From a virus: a DNA stretch of 64,000 nt. Under the pieces are notes generated by a model that saw only the letters and a list, made by a program, of their open reading frames with translations, was not told where the DNA came from and made no database searches. Each line of letters opens with the position of its first letter. The first letter of the stretch is position 1. Of the stretch, positions 45,445-56,166 are shown piece by piece. A program made the position numbers and the translations under genes. The DNA lies in the IMG/VR virus record IMGVR_UViG_3300011113_000652, positions 6,906 through 70,905 of that record. The stretch is one strand, 5' to 3'.

Positions 45445-46487
45445 TTGATTTGTTTCTCCATGTAGTCAGGGTCACTCCAAGTGTATTCATACCCGGCACT
45501 GGCCGAGCTGGTGCGTACGGCATGAACATCAAGGTGTGTATTTAATTGGTTCCAGATCTGTCGGTAATCTTCTGTGCCAAAGCTGCGGATCAAATCCACT
45601 TGGCCTACTTGTGGATGACCAATGGTAAGACTTTTATCTTCAGGATCAATGCTGTTGACTATTAACCATTCACGAAACTCCTTTAGCTGTTTGATCTGCC
45701 AGGGGAATGTGCCGGGATTATTGGCCCACTCTATGTCAAAGTCGCCGGCAGCTTCAGTTTGTGCTTTTAGACTAGACGTGGTCAATTCATCTATCCTGCT
45801 GTCACGTCCTTCGTCCTGGAACACTTCCCAGTGATGTTTGCCTACCGCTTTATTCACACCCACATACACTCCGCCTAGGCTACGGTTGATGGTTTCTACG
45901 CCAAACAGTTCGTAATCTTCTGAATCCAACACAAACCTTGGAGCTGATAGCCAGCACATGAGTTGGCTGGGTCTTTGCCATTCAGGTGCTGTGTTTTTTT
46001 TGCGCCACGATAACTGCCAGCTTTCAAATTCGTGACACAGTAGATTTAATTGTCTGATGTGCCAGCGTGTTGCATTGTCGGCACGCCAGTAATAATCACT
46101 GATGTGTCCGCTGCCACCTTGCAAGTCTTCAAAGTATCTGTGCAGTTGATTGAAATGATTGCGATTGATTCCGCCCTGATCATCCACACTGTTGGACATG
46201 TCAAAATGATCGTCGATGCGATATCCTATGCTTGACTGGTTGATAGCTTGTATGCTGAGATTTATTTGTTCCAATAGATAAGGGCCATTTCTAGGACCGT
46301 CGGCAAATCCAAAAAAACAATAGTTCTTTTCCAGGTGATAGTTTTGTGACAACAAATTATTCAATGCCAGCAACCATTTACGACTGAGACTGTTGTCATA
46401 TACGTTGATATACACACGCAGTATGTCTTGTGCGTTACCCAAATCTACTTCAACAACATCAAGTAGCAATTGCTTGGTACCAGTCAT
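45432..46487 (-). CDS. hypothetical protein
   Basis: long ORF within the operon; NQLHRYFE, LNLLCHEFE; start uncertain. Confidence 0.7.
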   Translation of the reverse strand: MTGTKQLLLDVVEVDLGNAQDILRVYINVYDNSLSRKWLLALNNLLSQNYHLEKNYCFFGFADGPRNGPYLLEQINLSIQAINQSSIGYRIDDHFDMSNSVDDQGGINRNHFNQLHRYFEDLQGGSGHISDYYWRADNATRWHIRQLNLLCHEFESWQLSWRKKNTAPEWQRPSQLMCWLSAPRFVLDSEDYELFGVETINRSLGGVYVGVNKAVGKHHWEVFQDEGRDSRIDELTTSSLKAQTEAAGDFDIEWANNPGTFPWQIKQLKEFREWLIVNSIDPEDKSLTIGHPQVGQVDLIRSFGTEDYRQIWNQLNTHLDVHAVRTSSASAGYEYTWSDPDYMEKQIKCLG

Positions 46488-47748
46488 ATATGTCTTTATT
46501 GGATTGTAATATATTGGCCATGGTATAACTATCACCACGTATTTGTTCTAATTTTAACACACGACGCTTGCCTTTCGCAAGTTCCTCTTGACAAGTATCT
46601 GGCCATTGTTCTGCAAAAGTAGGGCGTGATTTTAATTTCAACAACACATCTTGTAGGGCACTATCTGGCAAGTTAGGTACCAGACTGTCTACAGTAGCAT
46701 CTAGCAACTGTCTTGGCAGGGACAGGGGACTCATTATGATGTCAGGTGTGAAACTGAATACAACTTTGGCCAGGATGTCCACATCCAGATCGTTGGCTAG
46801 ACGTTGTATATTCTCAACTTCAAACAAGCCAGGCAAGGTCAAGGTAAAATCAATGCGCATTTGTCTGCGATGACGAGCCTGTTTGAGCCCTTGTTCAAAA
46901 TTTATCCTCCAGGCCCCATAGTCCAATCCGGTCCGGATGTATTCTCCTGTGGCGCCTGTTCCATCGAGGCTGGCGCAGATTTGCCAATCACGTAGATGTG
47001 CCAGCACATCACGATAAAGATTAACACCGCGGTAATCCACACGGCTAAGGTTAGTATTGTATCTTGCATAAACACCGGGTCCATCTCCTAGTTCAATTAT
47101 CCTGCGCATATAGCGCCAGTGTTGTTCATACATGAGTGGTTCACCGCCTACCCAGTATACTTCTTCTACTCTGTGTTGTTCAACCGCTTCGGCAAACTCT
47201 GCTTCGATCTGCGTGTCTTGAAATTTGCTGATCTGTTCACGCACTTCGGGTCGCATCCAGTTGTTTTTGGAGTTGGTAAAATCAATCATGTTGTGTTGCC
47301 GCTGTTCAGTTTCCCAACTACTGCTCAACATGTCGCCACACATGCGGCATTTAAAATTACATAAATTGCTAAATCTATAATCCCAACTCACAGGACGTAC
47401 TTTGGTGAAGCCATTTTCGTCAGTGGCACGCATACATTCTTCATACTTGTGGTCAAACAATCTATTGAAATAATCACGATACACATCTGTGTTCAACAGT
47501 TTTTTATTGCATACCTCACACTCGGGCAGAGTTTCTCCACGCATCATTCTCAATCGCACACTGCGCATGTGAGGGCTATTCCAATGTTCATCCAGACTCA
47601 TTGGTTGGTAAACACCTGTGCCAGTTGCTGTATCTATGTACTGTTCAAAGTTTTGCGCAGGTTCACGGCTGGCACAACACATGCGCCGTTCGGTCTGTGG
47701 ACTGAGATAGGTGTGTGTCCATGGTGCCATGCACAAGGTCTCAGACAT
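46459..47748 (-). CDS. N-terminal twitch radical SAM protein
   Basis: LCMAPW..MCC..CEVC, CNFKCRMC, GGEPL. Confidence 0.87.
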   Translation of the reverse strand: MSETLCMAPWTHTYLSPQTERRMCCASREPAQNFEQYIDTATGTGVYQPMSLDEHWNSPHMRSVRLRMMRGETLPECEVCNKKLLNTDVYRDYFNRLFDHKYEECMRATDENGFTKVRPVSWDYRFSNLCNFKCRMCGDMLSSSWETEQRQHNMIDFTNSKNNWMRPEVREQISKFQDTQIEAEFAEAVEQHRVEEVYWVGGEPLMYEQHWRYMRRIIELGDGPGVYARYNTNLSRVDYRGVNLYRDVLAHLRDWQICASLDGTGATGEYIRTGLDYGAWRINFEQGLKQARHRRQMRIDFTLTLPGLFEVENIQRLANDLDVDILAKVVFSFTPDIIMSPLSLPRQLLDATVDSLVPNLPDSALQDVLLKLKSRPTFAEQWPDTCQEELAKGKRRVLKLEQIRGDSYTMANILQSNKDIYDWYQAIAT

Positions 47749-48697
47749 TTGCAAACTCCAGTATTGGATATACTATTTCTTGGATAATTCGATTTTCTAC
47801 TAATTCATAATTAAAAAAATGATTATGATTATGCTCAATTCTTTCTATTGTTGTGTTATCATATTTGTTAGGTACAGAATTAGCAACATTATTTTTTATA
47901 ATTGTCAAGCGTTGTAGAGGATCTTCACACAAATCATAGCTTTCGTCGAACAGATTGTTAAATGTCGCAAATCCCAACAAATGTAGCCGTTGCAAAACTC
48001 CAACTTGGCCGTACACTACAAAAGGATGATAAAAAGCCAGTGGTTTAAATATTTTTTCAGTTAACTTTACAGTTGCTCCTGCAGTCAAATTGATTGAACT
48101 TTCAACTACTACACTAAAAAAAGTATCATCATACCAGGCTGGATTAAAATATCGTTGGAAATTACTTGAACGAATTTCTAAGTCGTGTGGCAAATCGTCG
48201 GGCAGGTATATACCATTTTCTACATAACTGTAAATCATATTCGGCAAATATGCCGATAGTGCATTGATTACTTGGTCTTTTTCGGGGCTACGCAATCGGA
48301 TAGGCATAAATGCTAACTTTTTATATGTTTTCTTGGGGCGATAAGAATCATAGCCCAAATACTTGTACCACATACTTTCGTTGTACCAAAACCAATTTTT
48401 ATTAATTAAAAATAAACTCTGATCGTCGAATGGCCGACAAAAATCCCATAAACAGTCATATACTATTCTAACTCCTTGATCACGCAATTGACAATGCCAA
48501 GTAGCATTATCAAACGGGTTAACTACACACAGACAAGTGTCAGGATTGTATGTATCATCAGGGTCGTAAAATACAACATTGAAATAACGACTAAAAAGTT
48601 CTTTAGTGTAATTGGCAAAAAACGACGACGGATAGCTCTTGTCAACGATTAAGGTAATTTTGTGCATAGACGATGAAGTAGAGTTTTCTTTGTTCAT
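47741..48697 (-). CDS. glycosyltransferase-like protein (TEK family)
   Basis: VES..LTEKIFKPL..PF..FDESYD. Confidence 0.62.
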   Translation of the reverse strand: MNKENSTSSSMHKITLIVDKSYPSSFFANYTKELFSRYFNVVFYDPDDTYNPDTCLCVVNPFDNATWHCQLRDQGVRIVYDCLWDFCRPFDDQSLFLINKNWFWYNESMWYKYLGYDSYRPKKTYKKLAFMPIRLRSPEKDQVINALSAYLPNMIYSYVENGIYLPDDLPHDLEIRSSNFQRYFNPAWYDDTFFSVVVESSINLTAGATVKLTEKIFKPLAFYHPFVVYGQVGVLQRLHLLGFATFNNLFDESYDLCEDPLQRLTIIKNNVANSVPNKYDNTTIERIEHNHNHFFNYELVENRIIQEIVYPILEFANV

Positions 48698-48705
48698 TTT
48701 TATCG

Positions 48706-49956
48706 TTATAAAAACTTAATGACCGGTTCAACAATCTCTTTGGACAGAGTTTCATAATCTAAGATTTCTGCTAATTCTGGTGCTACCGATTTTAAATCTT
48801 GTTGCCGACGTTGATCAAGTTTTCGTATTTCTTGTCGCATGCGAGATCCATCTGTGCTTACACCACGTCGCATGAAGTTTATTATATTGTCAAATTCTCG
48901 CTGTGTTCTGGCTGGCACCAGGGCCGATCCAAGATGTGCGGCGATTGCGATTTTTGACGATTCCGGCAGACTGCGTATGCTGAAATATTCTCGGTCATGC
49001 ATGATATTCCAGTAGACAAAATCAAAATCTTGTTGATCAATCCACTCAGCAACCTGATCAAGATACAACACATTAAAAACATTCACGGTGCAACACACCT
49101 GCAGGCTCATGTTCAACAATCGCTCACGCATGGCACGAAATCGTTCAATGTTGTCACACACTTGACTCCATACAGCATTGGTGCGTTGATATTCGAATCT
49201 GGCGCCCACATCATCAATGCTGAATGCCACTTCCACATGTCGGAAGTATTGCCAAATCTCTTCGGCCTGCTCGGGATATTGGGTGCCGTTGGTGTTGTAA
49301 TGTATTTCCACTTGATGGGCTATGCCTCGATCCACTATAGCTTGTAACATGTCAAAGTGTTCTTGGATCATGAATGGCTCGCCGCCGGTAAATTCAATAT
49401 AACGAACTTCTCCTATGACTGAATCTAATTCGTTCCAAAATCTTTCACTGTTGCGTGGCCATGCCCCGTCTTTCAACATTTGATAATGGAAACTTGTTTT
49501 GCGATCCTTGTTGGGGCCTAGATTGGTCAACTCTTCAGTGGCAAATGTTGAGCTGGACCAGGAACCGCAGATCCTGCACTTGAGATTACAGATATTGCCC
49601 AGTTTGAGATCCAGGAACATCAAAGGTTTTGCATCTGCAGTCCAATGATCTGATATGCCCATGTGCTTGAGTCGATCCAAAGTGTGCATGCGTTTGCTGG
49701 TGCGTCCGGCCGATTCTTCCTGCCAGCATCTGCGACAGGTTTTGGGTTGTTGGCCATCTAAAAATTCCTGGCGCAATTGACGCATGTGATGGGAATTGCG
49801 TATGACATCAAAGCTGTGTGTGTCCAAGCGGCACTTGTTACCCGAATCATCTACGATTTCATCATCGGCCAGGCAACAAGGTCTTACAGTGCCAATGGGC
49901 GATGTTTCCAGGCTGACCCAAGGCAAAACACAGAACTGATCATGTGGTATATTCAT
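48706..49956 (-). CDS. N-terminal twitch radical SAM protein
   Basis: FCVLPW..PCC..CRRC, CNLKCRIC, GGEPF. Confidence 0.87.
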   Translation of the reverse strand: MNIPHDQFCVLPWVSLETSPIGTVRPCCLADDEIVDDSGNKCRLDTHSFDVIRNSHHMRQLRQEFLDGQQPKTCRRCWQEESAGRTSKRMHTLDRLKHMGISDHWTADAKPLMFLDLKLGNICNLKCRICGSWSSSTFATEELTNLGPNKDRKTSFHYQMLKDGAWPRNSERFWNELDSVIGEVRYIEFTGGEPFMIQEHFDMLQAIVDRGIAHQVEIHYNTNGTQYPEQAEEIWQYFRHVEVAFSIDDVGARFEYQRTNAVWSQVCDNIERFRAMRERLLNMSLQVCCTVNVFNVLYLDQVAEWIDQQDFDFVYWNIMHDREYFSIRSLPESSKIAIAAHLGSALVPARTQREFDNIINFMRRGVSTDGSRMRQEIRKLDQRRQQDLKSVAPELAEILDYETLSKEIVEPVIKFL

Positions 49957-49957
49957 G

Positions 49958-50686
49958 TTATCTGGTTACCATTGGTAGTGTTCTTGCTAGTACCCCTGCC
50001 GAAACTGGCTCTACAATTTTACAAATAGCATCCACTGTGGCGTCTGTAGGAATTGTGGCAGGTAAAGGTTGATTGTTGATTAAAATGTGTGCATGACACC
50101 AAGCAAGCCATAACAAACTATTAAAATTATTTAAATGTTTCGATGGATCCGGGCACGTAGACTTATAATATTCTATGCTAGAGTGACAGTAACTTCTATC
50201 ACGAGTGTATTTAATACTGCATCTATCTAATACAGAAAATAAGCGATCAATGAATTGATCTGGATCTTCTATTAGTAATTTATAATCAAGCTCTCCTGGG
50301 TGCTCCCAAGTTTTTTGCCATAGTGTATCTGTTAATATGTACACTGCACTGTTGGTTAAAGTGTAAAATTGGTCAATTATTGATTGGTCTGACAAATTTA
50401 ATATACGATATCTTACTTTTACTGCATCGTTGATAAATTGATTAAACCAGCAAGGGGATGAAAATTTTATTAAATTGTCGCCTTTGCATGATTCATCAAA
50501 TGTGGCAGTTTTTCCATCTACTAAATTAAATAAATGACTTTGCAAAAAATTGGCGGACGTGGGTTGGCCATCAAACACCACATCTACATCAGGCAGGTCA
50601 AATTGACTGGTCTCTAATCTCCATATTAAATTATTCAACCAATAACCGCCGGATCCACGTGGATAACAAATAATATTGCGTTTCAC
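49958..50686 (-). CDS. hypothetical protein, weakly sulfotransferase/P-loop-like
   Basis: YPRGSGGYWLNNLI; GTGA overlap. Confidence 0.45.
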   Translation of the reverse strand: MKRNIICYPRGSGGYWLNNLIWRLETSQFDLPDVDVVFDGQPTSANFLQSHLFNLVDGKTATFDESCKGDNLIKFSSPCWFNQFINDAVKVRYRILNLSDQSIIDQFYTLTNSAVYILTDTLWQKTWEHPGELDYKLLIEDPDQFIDRLFSVLDRCSIKYTRDRSYCHSSIEYYKSTCPDPSKHLNNFNSLLWLAWCHAHILINNQPLPATIPTDATVDAICKIVEPVSAGVLARTLPMVTR

Positions 50687-51939
50687 TGTAGGTCTCCTAA
50701 TTCTGGTATAGTTTTTAACACATGTTCGTTGCGTATGGCATCGAGTTCTAGTGTTTTTTTCCAAAATTTAGGCAACATCGCTGTGTTGTCAGTGGCCATC
50801 ATAAAATTAACAGCACTTTCAAAGCCCACCGTGGCACGTTGTAAGGGATCCTGGGGACGCAACCATTCTATGTGTTCTTGGAATCGAACACGCAATCGTT
50901 GTTTGTATTTGATAGGGGCAATATCAATTCGTAAATATGCAGGATCTTGTAGGATGTTTACACTTAAATCTTGAGCACCGATGAATCCACGATCGATCCA
51001 GTTGCGGTGAAAGTCTGGCAGATGCCAGGCATTCATGATACTAAGTGTAGGACTGATGTAAAAATCAACATTGGGACATGTTTCCATCATTTCAATCCGA
51101 TTGCGTTCTATAGTATCCCAGTCAGTGCCTTTTCTGATATACTCTGCACGCGGACCCATGGCATCTAAACTGGCGCCAACAGCCACTGATTTAAATTTCT
51201 TCCAGTAATCAAACACCGTGCGATCTTTTAGTTTCACATGTGTAAAGTTTGTGTTGTAGATCAGGCGCACATCAAAACGCCCTCGGCGTTCCAGTTCGTC
51301 TAGGATGTTGTAGTGTTCCTCCATCATGAGTGGCTCGCCGCCGGCAAAGTAAATTTGTTCTACATAATCCAAGTGTGGAATCAACTGTTCCCACATGTCG
51401 GTCTCAGTACGTCCGGCGTAGTTTAATGCCTTGTTGCGATCTTTCCAGTCATCTCCAGCTAGTTTGGCTTGATCTTTGTACCAGCTACTACTAAAAATAT
51501 GTCCGCAACTACGGCAACTTAGATTACATAGATTACTGAAGCGTATGTCCCAGTAGCTCATTTGAAATTTATCATCGTCGATACGTTTGACGTGATGACC
51601 GTGGTGCTTGTTGGCACTTTTACGTCCTGAAAAGAAGCCAGACTCTTCCTGTTCATAGCAACGTCCGCATGCAGGATTAGGGCGTTCGTTTAGCATGTCC
51701 TTGCGTAGTTCACGCATGGGTGCATCACGATAAATGTCTTCTAGGGGTTTAAAACGAGTATTACCTACCGGATAGGCCATTTCGGCATGACAGCAGGGAT
51801 ACGCTTCGCCTGTGGGGTAAGCGTGTAAGTGTATCCAGGGATAAATGCAAAAGGTCTTTGAGTCTTTCAACAAAAACTCTTCACGTTCGGTGAGTTCAAC
51901 AGGACGTACCAGATCGGTACTATTATATTTGTATGTCAT
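50683..51939 (-). CDS. N-terminal twitch radical SAM protein
   Basis: FCIYPW..PCC..CGRC, CNLSCRSC, GGEPL. Confidence 0.87.
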   Translation of the reverse strand: MTYKYNSTDLVRPVELTEREEFLLKDSKTFCIYPWIHLHAYPTGEAYPCCHAEMAYPVGNTRFKPLEDIYRDAPMRELRKDMLNERPNPACGRCYEQEESGFFSGRKSANKHHGHHVKRIDDDKFQMSYWDIRFSNLCNLSCRSCGHIFSSSWYKDQAKLAGDDWKDRNKALNYAGRTETDMWEQLIPHLDYVEQIYFAGGEPLMMEEHYNILDELERRGRFDVRLIYNTNFTHVKLKDRTVFDYWKKFKSVAVGASLDAMGPRAEYIRKGTDWDTIERNRIEMMETCPNVDFYISPTLSIMNAWHLPDFHRNWIDRGFIGAQDLSVNILQDPAYLRIDIAPIKYKQRLRVRFQEHIEWLRPQDPLQRATVGFESAVNFMMATDNTAMLPKFWKKTLELDAIRNEHVLKTIPELGDLQ

Positions 51940-53266
51940 TGTACCAGTTGGTCAAGTTAGGAAATGCCGCTGTGAAGTTTTTGCCACGGCGCTGATCATA
52001 CTGCTGATAAAACTGTCGAAAATCATTGTGTAATTTTGGCATTTCAAATGTGTCAGAATGTGGCGTTTTGACCACATCTAGATAATCGATCAACCGTTGC
52101 ATGTGATTGATTTCGTGTTCGTGCATGAGTGGACTATCTTGATTAAGTTGTAGCCAGGATTCAAGATTGTTTTTGTATTGTGTGCGGATGTTATCTGGCA
52201 ACACTAGGGCACTTTGAAAACTAGGAAAACGCAGTATGTTTAGTGTAAAGTTTACACGTTCGCGACCATAAACCTGTTTGAGTCGTATCAACTGATTCAA
52301 CAAATCCGGCAAGCTGTCCAGGCACAAGGCATTGATAGTGGCCATACAATGCACAGCTTTGATACTGTCGTGTTCTAATAGTTCTTGTACATTGTGCATC
52401 CATAGATCATAATCAAGACCGTCACGAATGTATTCAGCTTGACTGTCCGTGCTTTCCATACTAGTATAAATTTCTAAATGTGGAATATCTCTTACTCGTT
52501 CGATAAAATCTAACAAACGTAATCGATCCATCCCTAGATTTGAGTTTATAGCCAGGCGTGTTTGACTGCGCCCTTTGTTGGCTTTGAACCAGTCAATCAA
52601 CCGCCACAGTTCACCGCTCATGGTAGGCTCGCCACCAGTGATCCTTAACTCTTGCAGAGTTTTATGCAGATCCGTTTCCCACCAAGAAAAAAAGGCATTC
52701 ACATAAGGATTAGACTCACCAAACCGGTATAGCTGGGAGCTGGCGTGTTCGTGTGTGAAATGATTACGACCATCACTGACCAGTCCTTGGTAAGAGCCAT
52801 TGTTTTTGATATCTCGGGCCCAGGTCGTAGAGAAAGCAGGATTACAATAACTGCAAGCAAACTGGCACGTACGATCAAAGGCTATCTCAAGAGTACGTAG
52901 ATTCACGTCTTCTCGTGCCGGAGTGGCAAATGCCTGGTCCAAAGCCTCTAAGGGATAAATTCTGCTCTTGTACACACGATCGCTGACAGCGTCAACCCCC
53001 ATGTCTTCAATTTTCCAGCAGTATTCACAGCCCTGTGGTCGTTCACCTGCTTGCATCATAGCGCGATCTTGTTTTTTCTGTGCGGTGTTGTGTATGGCAC
53101 TGGGATTGGTTGCAATGGCTTCTCGGTCAATGGCATGTGCCGGAGGATGATGACAACTTGTGGTCTGGCCTGAGCCCAACCATATGGTAGCATTGTACCA
53201 TTTGGCCGCGCAGAAGCTGGCACTTTTAGTGTCTAGGGCCTGCTGTCGAAATTCTAAATCATTCAT
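51923..53266 (-). CDS. N-terminal twitch radical SAM protein
   Basis: FCAAKW..SCHHP..CEYCW, CQFACSYC, GGEPT. Confidence 0.87.
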   Translation of the reverse strand: MNDLEFRQQALDTKSASFCAAKWYNATIWLGSGQTTSCHHPPAHAIDREAIATNPSAIHNTAQKKQDRAMMQAGERPQGCEYCWKIEDMGVDAVSDRVYKSRIYPLEALDQAFATPAREDVNLRTLEIAFDRTCQFACSYCNPAFSTTWARDIKNNGSYQGLVSDGRNHFTHEHASSQLYRFGESNPYVNAFFSWWETDLHKTLQELRITGGEPTMSGELWRLIDWFKANKGRSQTRLAINSNLGMDRLRLLDFIERVRDIPHLEIYTSMESTDSQAEYIRDGLDYDLWMHNVQELLEHDSIKAVHCMATINALCLDSLPDLLNQLIRLKQVYGRERVNFTLNILRFPSFQSALVLPDNIRTQYKNNLESWLQLNQDSPLMHEHEINHMQRLIDYLDVVKTPHSDTFEMPKLHNDFRQFYQQYDQRRGKNFTAAFPNLTNWYNDIQI

Positions 53267-54410
53267 AGAAACAGTGTTGTTTTAAAAATTGAAAAAAGCG
53301 CTGGGGAAAATCACGTCTGACTTGGTCACGCATGACAGCCAAGTGTTGTTGGTTGTATTTACAAGTATTATAGCATGCTTTGAGAAAACTTGCAAGGTCT
53401 TGGCGGCATAGATCTTCCACTACCAGTGCTATGCGTTCAATACGATCTTGACTGTTTTCAATACTGTCAAAACTTTCATCTATCAAGTGACCAAAGGTCT
53501 GGAATCCCATATTCTTGAGATCTCGGTAATAGCCTTGATTGGCCACTGCTATCCAAGGATGAGACATGGCCATGGGTTTCCAGATTTTTTCGGTCCTGAA
53601 ACTGTAAGGATAATCAAACACAGTTTCGGTGACCAGGCTGAAGTAGGTGTCAATGTAGGCTTCGGGATTAAGGTAAATCTCGCCCCATTCGTCGTTGAAC
53701 AATTCATATTTGACAAATTGCCGGTCAGATTCAAGGTCGTTGACACGATCTCTGTAGGCAACATATTCATATTGGGCCGGCAATAGTTTTATGTGGTGTG
53801 GTTGTCCTATCAAATCTAGATCATTGTGTTCCAGCACAATGTCTTTGGAATAGCCCACTGTCAAGTCCAACCAACTCCAAAGACTTTGATCCAGCAGACC
53901 AGATAATCTAAATCTTTCCATGAGATATTTTCTATGGGTTCGGGTGCGGCCGTTTAGAAAAAGAAACCGGTAGGGTTTGTGGGTCTTGTCATGGATTTCT
54001 TGTGATCTTGACATGGCCAGCAAGTTTTCTTCATAATCGTGTACCTTAGGTAAGAAACTATCATACAACAAATAAGTCCACGATGGATCCATGTCGCCGC
54101 CACCTATCAATAACATGCGTTTTTGCTTGACCAAATCTGCACAATTATGCACCGTTTCACAGTGGCTGGCCAAGGTCTGCGATCCTTCTGCAGGATTACA
54201 CAAGATTACTTTGATCACATTGTTTTCTACCAAGTCTCTGATACGATGTTTATGAAAATTGAACTGTGCCCTGCCTATCAAATATACAGCTCCAGGTTGT
54301 ATTTCATGTTTGCCAAAGTCGTAGAACTCTTCGTCTGCCCAGGGTTTGAGTAGATCGTAAACCTCCCCAAAAACATCGATTATAAATTTAGATTTGCTAA
54401 TCATTGTCAT
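53259..54410 (-). CDS. glycosyltransferase-like protein (TEK family)
   Basis: LNGRTRTHR, TET..RTEKIWKPM..IDESFD. Confidence 0.62.
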   Translation of the reverse strand: MTMISKSKFIIDVFGEVYDLLKPWADEEFYDFGKHEIQPGAVYLIGRAQFNFHKHRIRDLVENNVIKVILCNPAEGSQTLASHCETVHNCADLVKQKRMLLIGGGDMDPSWTYLLYDSFLPKVHDYEENLLAMSRSQEIHDKTHKPYRFLFLNGRTRTHRKYLMERFRLSGLLDQSLWSWLDLTVGYSKDIVLEHNDLDLIGQPHHIKLLPAQYEYVAYRDRVNDLESDRQFVKYELFNDEWGEIYLNPEAYIDTYFSLVTETVFDYPYSFRTEKIWKPMAMSHPWIAVANQGYYRDLKNMGFQTFGHLIDESFDSIENSQDRIERIALVVEDLCRQDLASFLKACYNTCKYNQQHLAVMRDQVRRDFPQRFFQFLKQHCFYE

Positions 54411-55447
54411 TCAAATATATGATTAATTAGATATTCTTGTTCGTTGGCAAATTCAAAAAATCTATCTCGATTATGCATTAGATCTGGCAACATTTGATTA
54501 TACAATTCTAAAATATCATTTTTTGACAAAGTGGTGAGGTATCGAATTGCTTCACACAACGATTCGTGAACTCGGTGCTCGTCTGTAAAATCAATCCCGT
54601 CAAAGTATCGATTAAATGTTTTAAATCCGTTGTGTTCTAACCATTGGTAAGTTCTTACGTTACCATTGATCAAAAACGGTCTCAATCCTATAATAGGTTT
54701 AAATTGGGTTTCAGAAACAAAAATGTCATCCCATACATTAAATTCTGTAGCACCAATTATATATAAAAAATGATGTTGCCAATAATCCATACGATGCAGT
54801 GTTAACACGTCGTGCGGTATTTCAAATTCGTCCGGGCCGGTAAACCAATGATTGTCTTTTTTATAATTTTCAATTTTTTCGCCGATTGAAAAAAATAAGT
54901 TGTTGTCAGGGTCCTTGTCGTAAATTACATTAGGTTTTCCTAAAGTTACTATTCCATATTTTTTTAAATCTTTAGCAATTAACTGTTTGATAAAGTTAAC
55001 TCTGTGTTCTCTGGGTTTGCGATTGTAATTAATAAAAATATATTCTGGGTCCACTAACTTTAGTTCATCATCTGTGTAAGTTTGGAAATGTTTTTTTAAT
55101 ACAGGCGCAAAAAAATTAAAATGATGTTCAGTATCAAAGTTTCCAATTTTGTACACTGTTGGATTGCCTAGGCTAGCAACAATACTGTTGATTTGTTCGG
55201 GGTTAATCATAGCCGGGTCAACTGTGGATAACAAAAAGAGGTTATCAAACTTTTGTCCTACAAGTGCAAGATATTTTGAATATTCTCCATTGTTGAATTG
55301 TGGTCCAAACCAAGTTAAATTTATCAGCAGATTGGTACGGTCTTTGAATTTAGTTTCTATTTGCTGTCTAAGGGTATCTATACAATTATTCTCATATCTG
55401 GTCCAGAGATAATCATCTGGAAATGTAGTACCCAGGTAAACAATCAT
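54407..55447 (-). CDS. glycosyltransferase-like protein (divergent TEK family)
   Basis: YNRKPREHR, FVSETQFKPI..RPF..GFKTF. Confidence 0.55.
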   Translation of the reverse strand: MIVYLGTTFPDDYLWTRYENNCIDTLRQQIETKFKDRTNLLINLTWFGPQFNNGEYSKYLALVGQKFDNLFLLSTVDPAMINPEQINSIVASLGNPTVYKIGNFDTEHHFNFFAPVLKKHFQTYTDDELKLVDPEYIFINYNRKPREHRVNFIKQLIAKDLKKYGIVTLGKPNVIYDKDPDNNLFFSIGEKIENYKKDNHWFTGPDEFEIPHDVLTLHRMDYWQHHFLYIIGATEFNVWDDIFVSETQFKPIIGLRPFLINGNVRTYQWLEHNGFKTFNRYFDGIDFTDEHRVHESLCEAIRYLTTLSKNDILELYNQMLPDLMHNRDRFFEFANEQEYLINHIFE

Positions 55448-56166
55448 AAATTACCTTCTATCAGACCAATGAGTTTTTTTGAGATATAGATGTGTCCTTC
55501 TACATTGGGATGAGCATAGCCAGGCCTGATATATTTTTCTAGTGTTGCTTTTTGTTTCTGCCAGTCAATGTCTGTTAAGATTGGAACATCATCAGTTATT
55601 ACTGATCCGCCGTCGTTGTCAATGTTATTCAGCATGAATTGAGCAATGCATCGATTGCGCGGCACAAGCCAGGATGATGCAGGAACTATATCCATAACAG
55701 AATCCTCCAGGGCAGTGAATAAATTTAAAAAATAAGCCTTGATTCCTAGTTGCGTAGCCCATAGATATAACAAATTTACAGTACGATCATAATTATAAAT
55801 TCGTTGTCTGGGATTATCAAAATATTTGTACCATTCTTGAACATGTGGGTGAACATTTGCGCTACCATTTTTGCTAGGCGAAATTTGCAATATTTCATCA
55901 TTCTCATTTAATAAACCAGTGCGGTGAGGAGCACTTAAACAAAAAAACACAATATCATCTGCCGTTAACTGATTGACAATATTAAAAAATCGATAAGGTA
56001 TTTCATCTGGCCCAGATCCAGATACTCCTAAATTTATACATTCTGCAGAAAAATGTTGACTGATCAAAGTTGGAAAAACATACAGATGTCGGTCTCGGAG
56101 AGGAACAGTTAATTCAAGTTCGTCTCCTACTACCCAACTATCCCCAAACCAATAAAATTTTTTCAT
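55444..56166 (-). CDS. SGNH/GDSL-like hydrolase-fold protein
   Basis: FGDSWVVG, NLGVSGSG, AHPNVEGH. Confidence 0.72.
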   Translation of the reverse strand: MKKFYWFGDSWVVGDELELTVPLRDRHLYVFPTLISQHFSAECINLGVSGSGPDEIPYRFFNIVNQLTADDIVFFCLSAPHRTGLLNENDEILQISPSKNGSANVHPHVQEWYKYFDNPRQRIYNYDRTVNLLYLWATQLGIKAYFLNLFTALEDSVMDIVPASSWLVPRNRCIAQFMLNNIDNDGGSVITDDVPILTDIDWQKQKATLEKYIRPGYAHPNVEGHIYISKKLIGLIEGNL

